Source: Gemmatimonadetes bacterium 13_2_20CM_2_65_7 (GTDB taxonomy: Bacteria; Gemmatimonadota; Gemmatimonadetes; Gemmatimonadales; GWC2-71-9). From it: 64,000 nt of DNA. Positions 19,385-29,420 of the stretch are shown in pieces. Position 1 is the stretch's first letter; each line of letters starts with the position of its first letter. The stretch spans positions 18,814 through 82,813 of the forward strand of contig MNDR01000081.1 of the NCBI GenBank assembly GCA_001915025.1, read 5' to 3'. The notes under the pieces were generated by a model. That model made no database searches and was not told the origin of the DNA. It worked only from the letters and a program-made list of their open reading frames with translations. The position numbers and the translations under genes are program-made.

Positions 19385-20317
19385 TCAGGTGCGCTCGTGA
19401 CCTCCCTGTGCAGCCTGCCACCGCCGGCTCACCTCGAGCCCGGAGATACACGCCGACAACCACAGCACGCCTGCCGCATACCCCCCCACGACATCGCTGA
19501 AGTAGTGAACACCGAGGTAGAGCCTGCTCCAACCAATCGCCAGCACGAGGAGCGACGTGCACAGCACGATGCCGAGACGTCGCGCCGGGGTGCCGGGGAT
19601 CATGACAATCAGGAGATACGCCAACATGCCATACCCGATCAGCGATTCCATCGCGTGGCCGCTCGGAAAACTCCAGCTCTGATACGAGAGGATCGCCGAA
19701 TGCGCGGGTCGCGGCCGATGAATCGCGCTCTTGAGGGCGGTATTGAGAACGGCCCCGCCAAGGAACGCGGTGATCCAGCCTTCGAGTAACAGGCCTTGCC
19801 GTCGAATGGCGAGCAGGGACCCCACACTTAGCGCCAATCCGATCATCACATAGGCCGAGCCGAGAGTGCTGATCGCCCGGGCGATGCTGAGACCGCTCGA
19901 TCCGGCATGCGCGCGCAGCCAGTCAAGCAGCGTTTGGTCAAACCGCGTGATCGGATCCAGGTGAACGACGTCTTCGGTCAGAGCGGCAAAGATCCAAAGA
20001 CCGACAAGGCTGATCGCCAGTCCCACGGTGAGGTGTAAGCCCAGATACTCGCCGTGAGCAAACCGCGCCGCCAAAAACTTCCAGAGCCGCGGATAGCGGG
20101 CCTTGAGCCGCTGCATTACGGCCGTCCGGACGAAACGCTGCCACCACTGCACCATGTGCTCGACCAGCATCGCGCGGTGCGCGACGAACCAACGCGACAG
20201 AAGGACGAGCCCGGACACGAGCGCGAGGAGCAGGAGTGCGGCAAGAAGCGCTTTGTTGACGCAGCTGACCCCGCGCACCGTGAACACCGTGACGTTCGGC
20301 AAGATCCACGTCATCAC
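19385..20317 (-). CDS. PAP2-family phosphatase (membrane)
   Basis: PAP2 motifs KSAIHRPRP, SFPSGHA, SRLYLGVHYFSDV. The true start may be an internal GTG (about 20278), because the first codons are antisense to the neighbouring gene remnant. Confidence 0.75.
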   Translation of the reverse strand: MMTWILPNVTVFTVRGVSCVNKALLAALLLLALVSGLVLLSRWFVAHRAMLVEHMVQWWQRFVRTAVMQRLKARYPRLWKFLAARFAHGEYLGLHLTVGLAISLVGLWIFAALTEDVVHLDPITRFDQTLLDWLRAHAGSSGLSIARAISTLGSAYVMIGLALSVGSLLAIRRQGLLLEGWITAFLGGAVLNTALKSAIHRPRPAHSAILSYQSWSFPSGHAMESLIGYGMLAYLLIVMIPGTPARRLGIVLCTSLLVLAIGWSRLYLGVHYFSDVVGGYAAGVLWLSACISGLEVSRRWQAAQGGHERT

Positions 20318-21502
20318 CGTGGACGGCGACGTGTATGCCCAGGTGCTCTATCTCCCGTCGGTGAACATTCCATCGAAAGGCACGCACGCCGTCATCTACG
20401 TCGCGACCGAGCACAACTCCGTCTACGCGTTCGATGCCGCGGCGCCTGCCGAGCCGTTGTGGCATGTCGACCTCTCCGCTGTGACGGAAGGAGCTGGGCC
20501 TGTTCCGACAAGCGATGTCCAGGTGTCCCTTCATTCGGCCCGAAGTCGGCATCACGTCCACCCCAGTCATCGACACCGCGACGGGTACGATCTACGTGCT
20601 CGCGAGAACGAGGGAGCATGGGCAGTACGTGCAGCGCCTGCATGCGCTCGATGTGGCGACCGGCGCGCCGCGGCACGCGGCAGTGCAGATCCGCGCGTCA
20701 GCACGGGGTACCGGACGGCAACGACGGCGGGATCTGGCAGGGGGACGCGGGCCTCGCCCGCCAGGGTCGTATCTACGCAGTCACGGGGAATGGCACCTTC
20801 TCGGCCGGTACCAGCCAGCACCTCGATTACGGCGACACCGTCTTACAGCTCACGCTCGGCGCGCACGGGTTCGTCGTGAGCGATTACTTCACGCCGGGAA
20901 ATGAGAAGACGCTCGAGGAGACGGACGGCGATCTGGGATCGGGCGGTCCGCTGCTCATCCCCGATCATTTTCTGTTCGTTGGCGGCAAGGACGGCAGCGT
21001 GTATCTGCTCGATCGCGACCGGATGGGGAAGTTCGACCCCGCAGCGAATCGCGGCGCCGTGCAGGCGATGAAAGCGCCGGGGCTCGTGATGGGCGCGTCC
21101 GCGTACTGGAACGGACACGTGTACTCGCTGTGGAGTAACGACGTCGTGAAGGAGTTCGGGTTTGCGAACGGCAGGCTGAGCGCAGCGCCCCTGACCAAGG
21201 GGACGCAGGTCTTCACCGATCCGGGCGCCACACCGACGATTTCGGCAAATGGTACGACCGACGGCATTGTCTGGGTGGTCGAGACGAGGACGTGGAATGG
21301 CGTAGATCGGCACGCGATTCTGCACGCGTTCGACGGGGCGGATGTCGGGACCGAGCTGTACAGCAGTGAGTCAAACGCCGCGCGGGACAGGGCAGGGACG
21401 GCCTTGCGGTTCGCGATGCCGACGGTCGCAGCGGGACGGGTGTATATCGGGACCAAAGGAGAGGTCGACGTTTACGGCATACTTGCGGGGAAGCCGCAGT
21501 AG
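20247..21502 (+). pseudogene. Degraded PQQ-like beta-propeller gene (5'-truncated, one frameshift, one internal out-of-frame deletion)
   Basis: Homology runs through three frames. The first frame reads LTPRTVNTVTFGKIHVITVDGDVYAQVLYLPSVNIPSKGTHAVIYVATEHNSVYAFDAA...TSDVQ. The frame then shifts at about 20518-20526 to [47 protein letters not shown]...QIRASA. It shifts again at about 20700-20715 to [30 protein letters not shown]...AGRVYIGTKGEVDVYGI. No signal peptide or N-terminus. Confidence 0.6.
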
Positions 21503-21530
21503 CCTCGCGTCGATTCTCTACAGCGAGCCC

Positions 21531-22286
21531 TTATCGGTTGGCTGTGTTATCCAGAAACGGCCGATTGGTAGCAGTCGTGGATGTGATGGTGATGTCTCCG
21601 CGAGCTGTAATCGTATATAGGTGGCCGCCCAAAAAGGACTGGGCCGTGCGGGTCACCTTATTCGTGGTCGAATCAGTGTAACGCGCGAACAGGTTGTATA
21701 TCCCCGTCGGAATGGCTGTGAAGGCCGCTGCGCCTTGATACGCTACTGCGCCTCCAAGAGACAGTGTGTCGTTGGTGAAGGCGTTCGCCGCATACAGATT
21801 CAGAGGCTGGGCGTTGTAGATCGCGTTTACGAATCGGACATAGGCAGTCGAATCATTCAGCGTTCCACTGAACGTGTCATCCAGAATGAAGGCGTCAACG
21901 GTTTTTGTCGTCGGATTGTAAAGCCCACTCATGTAGAGGGAGTAGGGTTTCCCATCCGCAACCGTCGTCGTGACTGTGGCAATCGTCGTATCCTTGTTGG
22001 TCCCGGCCGCGATTCGGCCCGAGAACGTATACTGGCCCGCCGCGATGGCGGTGTAGGCTCCGTTCGCTGCCGCGAAGCTGTACCGCACGCCCAACGGATC
22101 CGTCGTGGTCCCGACTTTTGCATTGTCGGCGTAGAAGTTCACCCCCGGCGCATTCAGGCCGAAGTTGAAGAACTTGATCTGAGCTCCGGAGACCGGTTCG
22201 AAGGGCAACTGCTGAACGGCGTTCTTGTCGCACGACGCGACCGCCGCGATGCAGAGGATCCCCGCGAGAATGCGATGGCTCTTCAT
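21531..22286 (-). CDS. DUF4397 domain lipoprotein
   Basis: MKSHRILAGILCIAAVASC lipobox. Repeated VRFVNA/IKFFNF-type beta-strand motifs typical of DUF4397. ATGA overlap with the SusD-like stop. Confidence 0.7.
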   Translation of the reverse strand: MKSHRILAGILCIAAVASCDKNAVQQLPFEPVSGAQIKFFNFGLNAPGVNFYADNAKVGTTTDPLGVRYSFAAANGAYTAIAAGQYTFSGRIAAGTNKDTTIATVTTTVADGKPYSLYMSGLYNPTTKTVDAFILDDTFSGTLNDSTAYVRFVNAIYNAQPLNLYAANAFTNDTLSLGGAVAYQGAAAFTAIPTGIYNLFARYTDSTTNKVTRTAQSFLGGHLYTITARGDITITSTTATNRPFLDNTANR

Positions 22287-23857
22287 GGCTGCGTGATCCA
22301 AAGGGGTATGGTGTGATAATTGGGAGCGTCCGCGCCGATGGCTTTCAGCGCCGGGAAATTCCAGACGTATTCCGAATTGTACCTCGGTCTGATCCGCTGG
22401 ACGACTAGCCCACCGTTGTCTGAAAACAGCGATGTGGGAGGCGCGAATCCGCGGAACACCTCCACCGTCGTCGTCACGGGATAATTATCGGTGTAGTGGT
22501 AGCGTCTCATATCCATCCAGATTTCGTTGTGACCCCAGCCCCACAGCGCGATGAATTTCTGCGACATGATGTGCGACATCGTTATCGTGGCGGGGACGAT
22601 GTTCGTATCCGCCAGGAACGCCGCCTTCTCGGCCGCGGTGATCTGCGTGGGTGTCTGGCCGGCGTCGAGGTTTCGCGCGTTCACGAAATCGATGTGGGAA
22701 GACACGCCGTTGATGTACGCGGTCCGCGCCAGTCCGGCGTCTCCCATCCGCAACGCGGCCTCCGCCTTGATGAACTGCAATTCCGCGTAGGTCATGGATG
22801 GAATTCTCGACCTATCGGCGAACAGATAGCGGCTGGGTAGTCCCAGCCCACCAGTGCTGACGTAGCCAAAGAAATTCCTCGGCTGCTGGGGTGGCGTGAG
22901 GGCACCAAAACCGACCTGGTTGATATCCAGGCCTCGATAGGTCGTGTTCGCCGAGTCGATCGCCAGCATGCGGCTCATCCGCGGGTCGACCGTCCCGCCG
23001 AATTGCGTGCCGTTCATCAGGCCCACCACGAACTGCGTTTGCCGGTACGGCGTGATGTTGTTTCTGCTGCGGCCCCAGAAATTGCAGTCCGCGAAGTCCG
23101 TGGACGTGCAGGGATACGCCAGCAGGGCATCATCGGCGTTGCCGGTGAACGATGAATCGACCACCCGGATGACGCGCGCCGGATCATAGGACGACGTCTT
23201 GTTGGAAAAGTGATTCAGGTTCCGGGCGAGCATCCCGTACGCGAGTTTCAGCCACTTCGTGCGGTCCCCGTTGTAGATGTGGTCGCCGACCGCGAGGTAT
23301 CCCTGATCGACGGCGCCGTCGGTTCGCTTGAGGACCACAATGGCGCTGTCCAGGAGGCGTTGCACTTCCGAATACGCAAAGTCTTGTGGGTCGTAGTCGA
23401 ACCGGGTGCGCGATTCGTCGAACGCTTCCTTGATAATGATGGGGCCGTGCAGATCGGTCAGCACCTGCCAGCCCCAGGCCTTCAGAATCAGTCCGACGCC
23501 GAGCAGGTCCCACCGTTGCTCCGCCTCGGCTTTGGTATTCATGTCGATGAGATTCTGGCCGAGGGACCAGTACACGTCACGCCATTGTTGCGCCCCATTG
23601 TCGCTGGTCGCGTCATAGCCCATGCGGTCCCACGTACTGAGACTCGTTCCGGGGAGCGTCCACTCCTGCGCGTAGCGGCCTACGAATCGCCCATCAAACT
23701 GCGGCGACGTCACCATCCAGTGCAGCATCGGCGGCAGGTACAGGTTCGCCGATACCGACTGCGGGCCGTTGGGGTTCGTGTTGACGTTCAAGAAATCCGT
23801 ACAACCGACTGTTGAGCTCAAAACTCCGATGAGCACGGCGGCATGGATTGTTTTCAT
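22283..23857 (-). CDS. SusD/RagB-family nutrient-binding outer-membrane lipoprotein
   Basis: Lipobox LSSTVGC. TPR-like helical pattern. Sits directly downstream of the SusC-like gene (2-nt gap). Confidence 0.8.
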   Translation of the reverse strand: MKTIHAAVLIGVLSSTVGCTDFLNVNTNPNGPQSVSANLYLPPMLHWMVTSPQFDGRFVGRYAQEWTLPGTSLSTWDRMGYDATSDNGAQQWRDVYWSLGQNLIDMNTKAEAEQRWDLLGVGLILKAWGWQVLTDLHGPIIIKEAFDESRTRFDYDPQDFAYSEVQRLLDSAIVVLKRTDGAVDQGYLAVGDHIYNGDRTKWLKLAYGMLARNLNHFSNKTSSYDPARVIRVVDSSFTGNADDALLAYPCTSTDFADCNFWGRSRNNITPYRQTQFVVGLMNGTQFGGTVDPRMSRMLAIDSANTTYRGLDINQVGFGALTPPQQPRNFFGYVSTGGLGLPSRYLFADRSRIPSMTYAELQFIKAEAALRMGDAGLARTAYINGVSSHIDFVNARNLDAGQTPTQITAAEKAAFLADTNIVPATITMSHIMSQKFIALWGWGHNEIWMDMRRYHYTDNYPVTTTVEVFRGFAPPTSLFSDNGGLVVQRIRPRYNSEYVWNFPALKAIGADAPNYHTIPLWITQP

Positions 23858-23859
23858 CG

Positions 23860-26800
23860 TCAGAACTCCAGCCGGACGCCGACGTTGATGCCGATCGGCA
23901 TCGGGAAGTTGCCGAAGTCGATGCCCGTGCCTCCCGAGCCTCCGACCGCCGCGTCGTTGCCGTTCACGATCGGATCGAGACCGGTGTAGTTCGTGATGAC
24001 AAATAGGTCAGTGCCCAGGAGGAAGAGGCTGGCATTGCGCGCCCCCAGGAATCGCGTCGGCAACTGGTAGGTCAGCTGCACATCCCGGAGTCTCAGCCAG
24101 TTGATGTTTCTCTGGATGAACAGCTCTTCGCTCATGTTGGTGTAGTAGGACGTCTGCACACTCGGGATGATGACGATGTTATTGGGAGTCGGATTCGCGC
24201 TGTTCTCGTTCCCGTCGCGCAGCACGCCCTTGATCACGCGCGGCGTGTCGCGGTCCAACGTCTCCTTGCTGAGCCCGCGAACCGTGAGGTAATGCTCGGT
24301 GGCGTTGAAAATGTCGCCGCCCTTGCGGATGTCGAGCAGAAAATCGAGCGACAGCCGTTTGTAGCGGAACGTGTTTCCAAAGCCGATCGTAAAATCGGGC
24401 TGGCGATCGTAGCCGGCATCGATGAACGTGGTCGAGCGAATCGGCAACCCCGTCGAGGGGTCGATCAAGAGGTTCCCGCGGTTATTCCGGAGATAGAACG
24501 TGCCCGTCAGCGACATGGTGGACAGGCCGTGCATCACTCCGTTGCGCACGTTCCCATACAGCCACGTATCGGAGACGTAGGATTCCGGTATACCGCGCGG
24601 CAGCGACGTCACGATCTGCCCGGCGCTGGTCCAGTTGGCCGTGAAATCCCAGGAGAAATCGGGCTTTACAATCGGCGAGCCGCGCACGGTGAGTTCCAGT
24701 CCCCGGCTGCGCGTCGACGCGCCGTTCACGTTGAACAGAATGAATCCCGTCCCGTAGCTGCCGCGGACATCGTTGACGATTTGGTCCAGCGTGACCTTGC
24801 GATAGACGGTCGCATCGAGACCGAGCCGGTCATGCAGGAAGCTCAGTTCGGCCCCGACCTCGTAGGATCGCGCGAATTCGGGCTTCAAAGCCAGGTTGGG
24901 ACCGGTAAAGCCGTAGCCGTACCCGCCGTAGGAGGTCGTCTTGTTTTCCAATACTGGGCGATAGGCGTAGGGACGTGCGTCTTTTCCGGCGCCCGCATAT
25001 GCCGCGCGCAGCTTGCCGGTGACGAACCGCCCCACCCCCGGAAAGGCGTCCGAGAAAATGAAGCTCGCGGAGACAGAGGGATAAAAGAATGCGTTTCTCG
25101 GCCGAGGAATCGTTGAAGTCCAGTCATTACGACCGGTCACGGTGAGATAGAGGTAGTTCTTGTAATCCAGTTCGGCCCGGCCGTAGGCGCTCACCACGCG
25201 CCGTTGCTCGATCGTGGTCTTCGGCAGCCGTGCGCTCGTGTTGTTCATCGACACGAAATTGGGGTCGAGGAACCCGGTACCGACGGCCGCATCGGCGGTC
25301 GACTTGAGGTCGGAAATCGAGTGGCCCAGCAACCCGCTGATCGAGAGACTGTTGGTCAATGGGTGGCTGTTGAAGTTCAGGATCGTTTGCGCACTGAGGT
25401 TGCGGGTGATGACGTCGGCCAGGTCGAGGATGCCGCCCGAGGCGTTGCCGGCGAAGCTTTCGGGGTTGCGAAGGATGAGGTTCTGGTTCGTGTAGTTATC
25501 GGTGCCGATGTTGCTCTTCACGCTCCCCCACGAAAACGGCGTGATCAGGAAGCCGATGTTCGCCATGATACGCGTATTTTTGGAATTGAACTTGTTCTTG
25601 ACGACGTTGAAGTAGGGATTATCGATTTCCGCCCCGGCGGACAAGCTGGTCAAGCGGCGCCGCGTACCCGCGGGTGTGAGATAATTCTGCGCGTTGTCGG
25701 TTTGCGGCCAGAGCATCAAGTCGATCAGTGGGCCGAGGTCTCCCTTGTAAACCTGATCGTTGTTCGCGTAGGTGTAGGCCATCGACAGGTCCGTGTTCAG
25801 CCACGGCTTGATCTGCGCCTGCGACGCGCCGGTGACATTGACCCGACTATATCCTGAATTCCGCACCACTCCGTCCTGCTTGTCGATCGACGTGCCGAGC
25901 CGATAGTTGATGGTGTTGTCCGGTGTCGCCCCACTGAACGACAAGTCGTGAGTCTGTGTGACGCCCGTTTTCAGGAACCCGCCAATGTTGTCGTAGAACT
26001 GCGTGCCCGAGGGATACGGGTTTCCGAAGTACTGGAACGCGCCCAGTGTGCCCGAAATGGTCGACGGGCCGTAGACGCGCTGGAGCACCGGATTGGCCCT
26101 GCTGTGTTCGACGCGGAAGCTATTGCTGTAGGTAAAGCCACCCCCGGATCTGCCGCGCTTGGTCGTGATGACGATGGCCCCGTTCGCCGCATCGATGCCG
26201 TACAGGGCGGAGGCCTCGGGTCCCTTCAAGACGGTGACCGTCTCGATGTCGTTCGGATTCAGATCTGCCGCGCGGTTCGTGAAATCCACGCCACGGTTAC
26301 TGAATGCGGTCGTCGAGCTCAATTCGGACGCCAGCACTCCCGTGTTGAGGGTCCGGTTGTCCATCGGCAGTCCGTCGACGATGATCAGCGGCTGATTGCT
26401 ACTGCTGATCGAGCTGACGCCGCGGATCGTAATCGATGACGAGGCGCCTGGAACCCCGGACGTGCTGGTCACATCTAACCCGGCGACGCGTCCCTGCAAT
26501 GCGTTAATGAAGTTCGGCCGTTGCGTCTGAGCGATGGCGTCGCCGGGGACGGTTTGCTGCCCATATCCGAACGATCGCTGCGGCGCGGTCTGTCCTAACG
26601 CCGTCACGACGAGGGCGTCGAGATCCAACGCGGCCCGGCGGAGCTCGACATTGATGACGTCGTCGGCAGCGACAATCCGCTCCACCATTGCGGTTCCGAT
26701 GTAACTGAACTGCAGAACCTGGCCCGCCTCCGCGCGGATGGAATACTGCCCTTCATTGTTGGTCTCGGTTCTGGCGATCGTCCCTTTGACGGCCACCAAT

Positions 26801-26922
26801 ACTCCGGCCAGCGGAGTGCCCTGCTGACTCGTCAGTTTCCCGCTAATGATGCGTTGCTGAGCAAAAGCTTGGGCGGCAATGAGGAGGAGAACCATCAACA
26901 CAATGGGGATACGTTTGTTCAT
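23860..26922 (-). CDS. SusC/RagA-family TonB-dependent outer-membrane transporter
   Basis: Signal peptide from ATG 26922 (MNKRIPIVLMVLLLIAAQAFAQ). Carboxypeptidase-regulatory-like domain (GKLTSQQGTPLAGVLVAVKGT). Plug domain (VTVLKGPEASALYG). C-terminal ...GVRLEF. Confidence 0.9.
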   Translation of the reverse strand: MNKRIPIVLMVLLLIAAQAFAQQRIISGKLTSQQGTPLAGVLVAVKGTIARTETNNEGQYSIRAEAGQVLQFSYIGTAMVERIVAADDVINVELRRAALDLDALVVTALGQTAPQRSFGYGQQTVPGDAIAQTQRPNFINALQGRVAGLDVTSTSGVPGASSSITIRGVSSISSSNQPLIIVDGLPMDNRTLNTGVLASELSSTTAFSNRGVDFTNRAADLNPNDIETVTVLKGPEASALYGIDAANGAIVITTKRGRSGGGFTYSNSFRVEHSRANPVLQRVYGPSTISGTLGAFQYFGNPYPSGTQFYDNIGGFLKTGVTQTHDLSFSGATPDNTINYRLGTSIDKQDGVVRNSGYSRVNVTGASQAQIKPWLNTDLSMAYTYANNDQVYKGDLGPLIDLMLWPQTDNAQNYLTPAGTRRRLTSLSAGAEIDNPYFNVVKNKFNSKNTRIMANIGFLITPFSWGSVKSNIGTDNYTNQNLILRNPESFAGNASGGILDLADVITRNLSAQTILNFNSHPLTNSLSISGLLGHSISDLKSTADAAVGTGFLDPNFVSMNNTSARLPKTTIEQRRVVSAYGRAELDYKNYLYLTVTGRNDWTSTIPRPRNAFFYPSVSASFIFSDAFPGVGRFVTGKLRAAYAGAGKDARPYAYRPVLENKTTSYGGYGYGFTGPNLALKPEFARSYEVGAELSFLHDRLGLDATVYRKVTLDQIVNDVRGSYGTGFILFNVNGASTRSRGLELTVRGSPIVKPDFSWDFTANWTSAGQIVTSLPRGIPESYVSDTWLYGNVRNGVMHGLSTMSLTGTFYLRNNRGNLLIDPSTGLPIRSTTFIDAGYDRQPDFTIGFGNTFRYKRLSLDFLLDIRKGGDIFNATEHYLTVRGLSKETLDRDTPRVIKGVLRDGNENSANPTPNNIVIIPSVQTSYYTNMSEELFIQRNINWLRLRDVQLTYQLPTRFLGARNASLFLLGTDLFVITNYTGLDPIVNGNDAAVGGSGGTGIDFGNFPMPIGINVGVRLEF

Positions 26923-26992
26923 GTGAATTGGAGGAGAAGTGGTAGAAGGTGAATCACGCCCCGGACGCCCGCTCGAACGAGACAGCGTGACG

Positions 26993-28117
26993 TTATCGCG
27001 GGGTCCGTGAGACGGCAAGGAGCACCCGCAGCGGTAACTGAAGAAACCGGCCGAAGCGCTCCACCGCGGCTCGCACCAGACGGTGCTCTGGCGTCGTCAA
27101 CGGGACCAGGAGCCGCAACTCCACCTCTGCCGTTTTGCCGAGCGTCCGCCGCCAACCGCCGACGATCTGCCCGTCAATGCAGACGACGTGTCCCATGAGC
27201 GCGTCGACCCGACGATCCGGGAAGACTCCGCGCAGCCGCTCCGCAATTGCCGACCGGTTGCGAAAGCCGACGAAATACTCGTCGAAATTCGGCAACAGAT
27301 GGGCGACTCGCGTCGAGCGCGGCGTGCGCGAAGCGCGGGCATGCCAATACGCCACGCCGTCGCGCGTTTCGCGAACGAGGAATGACGCGGCGCTCTCCAC
27401 GCCGCGTTTCGCGTCGGCGACCGTGAGTCCCGACCACCACGCGAAGTCATGCACGGTGGCCGGCCCGCGCGTCGCGAAGTAGCGGCGCGTCAGATCGTGC
27501 AGTGTGTCGTCCCGGTCGCGAGTCGCCGCTGTGGGGACGCGCTCGTCAAACAGTGCGTACGTGAATTGTTTCCCGCGCCGCGGTCCGCTGATGATGAGGC
27601 GGTCGAGCTCGGCTTGCATCAGGAGACCTATGACGCGTCCAGAAACGTCGACGCTGGCGCGTTCCAGTGCAGCGCTCAGTTCGCCTCGCGTGAGGCAGTG
27701 GCCGTCGCGCAGCGCCCGTTCGATGGCCGCGTGGCTCTTGCGGAACACCGTCGCGTCGAGCTCGTGGTAGCGATAGTAGAACGCCATCGCGCCGCGAATC
27801 CGGGGTGCCGTAAGCTCGAGCATCCAGCGAACGTCTTCCGGCAGCACGAAATGCCAGGTGGGCCGCAGGACGTGGGTTCGCAGGATCGCGCCACCGGCAA
27901 TCGCGCCCTCGACATCCGTTTCGGCTAATCCGGTGGCTCGCTGCGCGATCGCCCACCTGGCGCCCAGATAGTCCTGTGCCTGCACCGCGCCGAGGGTGCG
28001 AACCACCTCTTCAGCCTCGGTCAACGTCGGCGACACGAGATGTTGATTGTGCAGTCGTCGCCGGGCGATGGAATTCGTGGCGACAACCAGCTTGACGGCA
28101 CGACGCCGCTGCCTCAA
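26993..28117 (-). CDS. Winged-helix DNA glycosylase-like protein (YcaQ/AlkZ family)
   Basis: RRRLHNQHL...LGAVQAQDYLGARWAIAQR...LRTHVLRPTWHFV... matches the conserved N-terminal pattern of the YcaQ/AlkZ (DUF1006) family. Confidence 0.7.
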   Translation of the reverse strand: MRQRRRAVKLVVATNSIARRRLHNQHLVSPTLTEAEEVVRTLGAVQAQDYLGARWAIAQRATGLAETDVEGAIAGGAILRTHVLRPTWHFVLPEDVRWMLELTAPRIRGAMAFYYRYHELDATVFRKSHAAIERALRDGHCLTRGELSAALERASVDVSGRVIGLLMQAELDRLIISGPRRGKQFTYALFDERVPTAATRDRDDTLHDLTRRYFATRGPATVHDFAWWSGLTVADAKRGVESAASFLVRETRDGVAYWHARASRTPRSTRVAHLLPNFDEYFVGFRNRSAIAERLRGVFPDRRVDALMGHVVCIDGQIVGGWRRTLGKTAEVELRLLVPLTTPEHRLVRAAVERFGRFLQLPLRVLLAVSRTPR

Positions 28118-28129
28118 TTACTACTCCTC

Positions 28130-29311
28130 ATGGCGCCCCGCACGATGACACGCACTGCGACCGCCGCGCGCCCCCCCCGGCCCCCCGCCCCGGCCCGCCC
28201 CGGCGCCGAGCACACGGCGAAGCCCGCGGTGTTGCTGACAGTTTACAGCTCGGAGAGCGGGCGAACCTATCAGTTGCATGAGCTGATCGGCAAGGGAGGT
28301 TTTGGGGAGGTTTACCTCGCCACGTCCAACCGTCGGGATGGGCTGCCCGCTCAAATCTGCGTCAAGATCACCGACCGCCTCGCCCCCTGGCTGCGCGAGT
28401 CATACTTCGCAGAGCTCCTGGGCCGCGAGCCGCGCGCGCTGCGCGTCCTCGACCGGTTCGTCATCGCCGACGGTGCCCGCACGCGCTACTGCCTGGCCAT
28501 GGAATATGCGATGCACGGAGACCTGGGCGCCTGGCTCGCGCGCAAGGGGCCGCAGCCGGAGCGCCTCGTCCGTCGCGAGATCGCCGGGATCCTGGCCGTG
28601 CTCGACGCGCTGCATCGCGGTCAGGCGCTGCACCGGGACCTCACGCCGTTCAACGTGTTCGTATGCGAGCACGAGCAGCTGAAGCTCGGCGATTTTGGGA
28701 TCGCCACGCACCAGCTGACGCGTCGCGGCGTCACTGCGGACGCATTCAACGTGCTCAATGCGCCAACGGAGATCGCGTGGGGAAAGGTGCGGCGCTGGCA
28801 GCAGCGCGACGACATCTATCAAGTCGGGCTGATCGCCGTCATGCTGCTCCGCGGCGACATCGCCAGTCCGATTCGCAGCCGCGATGTCCGGCGGCTGCCG
28901 TGCAGTGATCATCTGAAAGAGGTCATTCACCGCTGCCTCGGCGTACGCGGCCGGCGCTACGAGGCAGCGGGCGAGCTGATGACCGCGCTGCAGCACGCGC
29001 GCACGGCGCCGCAATTCGGCCGAGTGCAGAGTCTCAAGGGGAAGCGGCTGTCGTTCACCGGCTTCCTGAGCCACCCGCGAAGCGAAGCGATCGCCGCCGC
29101 GCGCAGAGCGGGCGCGATCGTCCAAACGAAACCCGGCCGCGCCACCGATGTCCTCGTCCGCGGGCGACCCAACCCACTACAGATCGCGGGTGCGGGCGGC
29201 GGCACGAAGCTCATTGAGATCGGCCGCCTTGCCGCGAAGGGGCACCCCGTGACGGTCATCGGCGATCGTCAGTTCTGGAGGCTCGTTCGTCGTCGTCGCC
29301 AAGCGGGGTAG
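28130..29311 (+). CDS. Ser/Thr protein kinase with C-terminal BRCT domain
   Basis: Gly-loop IGKGGFGEVY, ICVKI Lys, HRDLTPFNVFV, LGDFGIA. C-terminal LKGKRLSFTGFL...RSEAIAAARRAGAIVQTKPGRATDVLVRG...TKLIEIGRL...VTVIGDRQFWRLV is the BRCT pattern. ATG 28130 is divergent from 28117. Confidence 0.8.
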   Translation: MAPRTMTRTATAARPPRPPAPARPGAEHTAKPAVLLTVYSSESGRTYQLHELIGKGGFGEVYLATSNRRDGLPAQICVKITDRLAPWLRESYFAELLGREPRALRVLDRFVIADGARTRYCLAMEYAMHGDLGAWLARKGPQPERLVRREIAGILAVLDALHRGQALHRDLTPFNVFVCEHEQLKLGDFGIATHQLTRRGVTADAFNVLNAPTEIAWGKVRRWQQRDDIYQVGLIAVMLLRGDIASPIRSRDVRRLPCSDHLKEVIHRCLGVRGRRYEAAGELMTALQHARTAPQFGRVQSLKGKRLSFTGFLSHPRSEAIAAARRAGAIVQTKPGRATDVLVRGRPNPLQIAGAGGGTKLIEIGRLAAKGHPVTVIGDRQFWRLVRRRRQAG

Positions 29312-29369
29312 CCCCCTAGGCGGTCTCGTTTACCACGCAATGACGTAATCAGAGAGAGCCTCAACCAGC

Positions 29370-29395
29370 AGCGTAAACAGCGTCATAGAGCGTCA
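29370..29395 (+). repeat. Three tandem heptamers AGCGT(A/C)A at 9-10 bp spacing upstream of the SARP-STAND gene (candidate operator)
   Basis: AGCGTAA (29370-29376), AGCGTCA (29379-29385), AGCGTCA (29389-29395). A related GACGTAA lies at 29342-29348. Located in the only AT-richer intergenic stretch of this locus. Confidence 0.3.
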
Positions 29396-29420
29396 CCCCC
29401 TTCCTAGCGCTATTGGGAGC

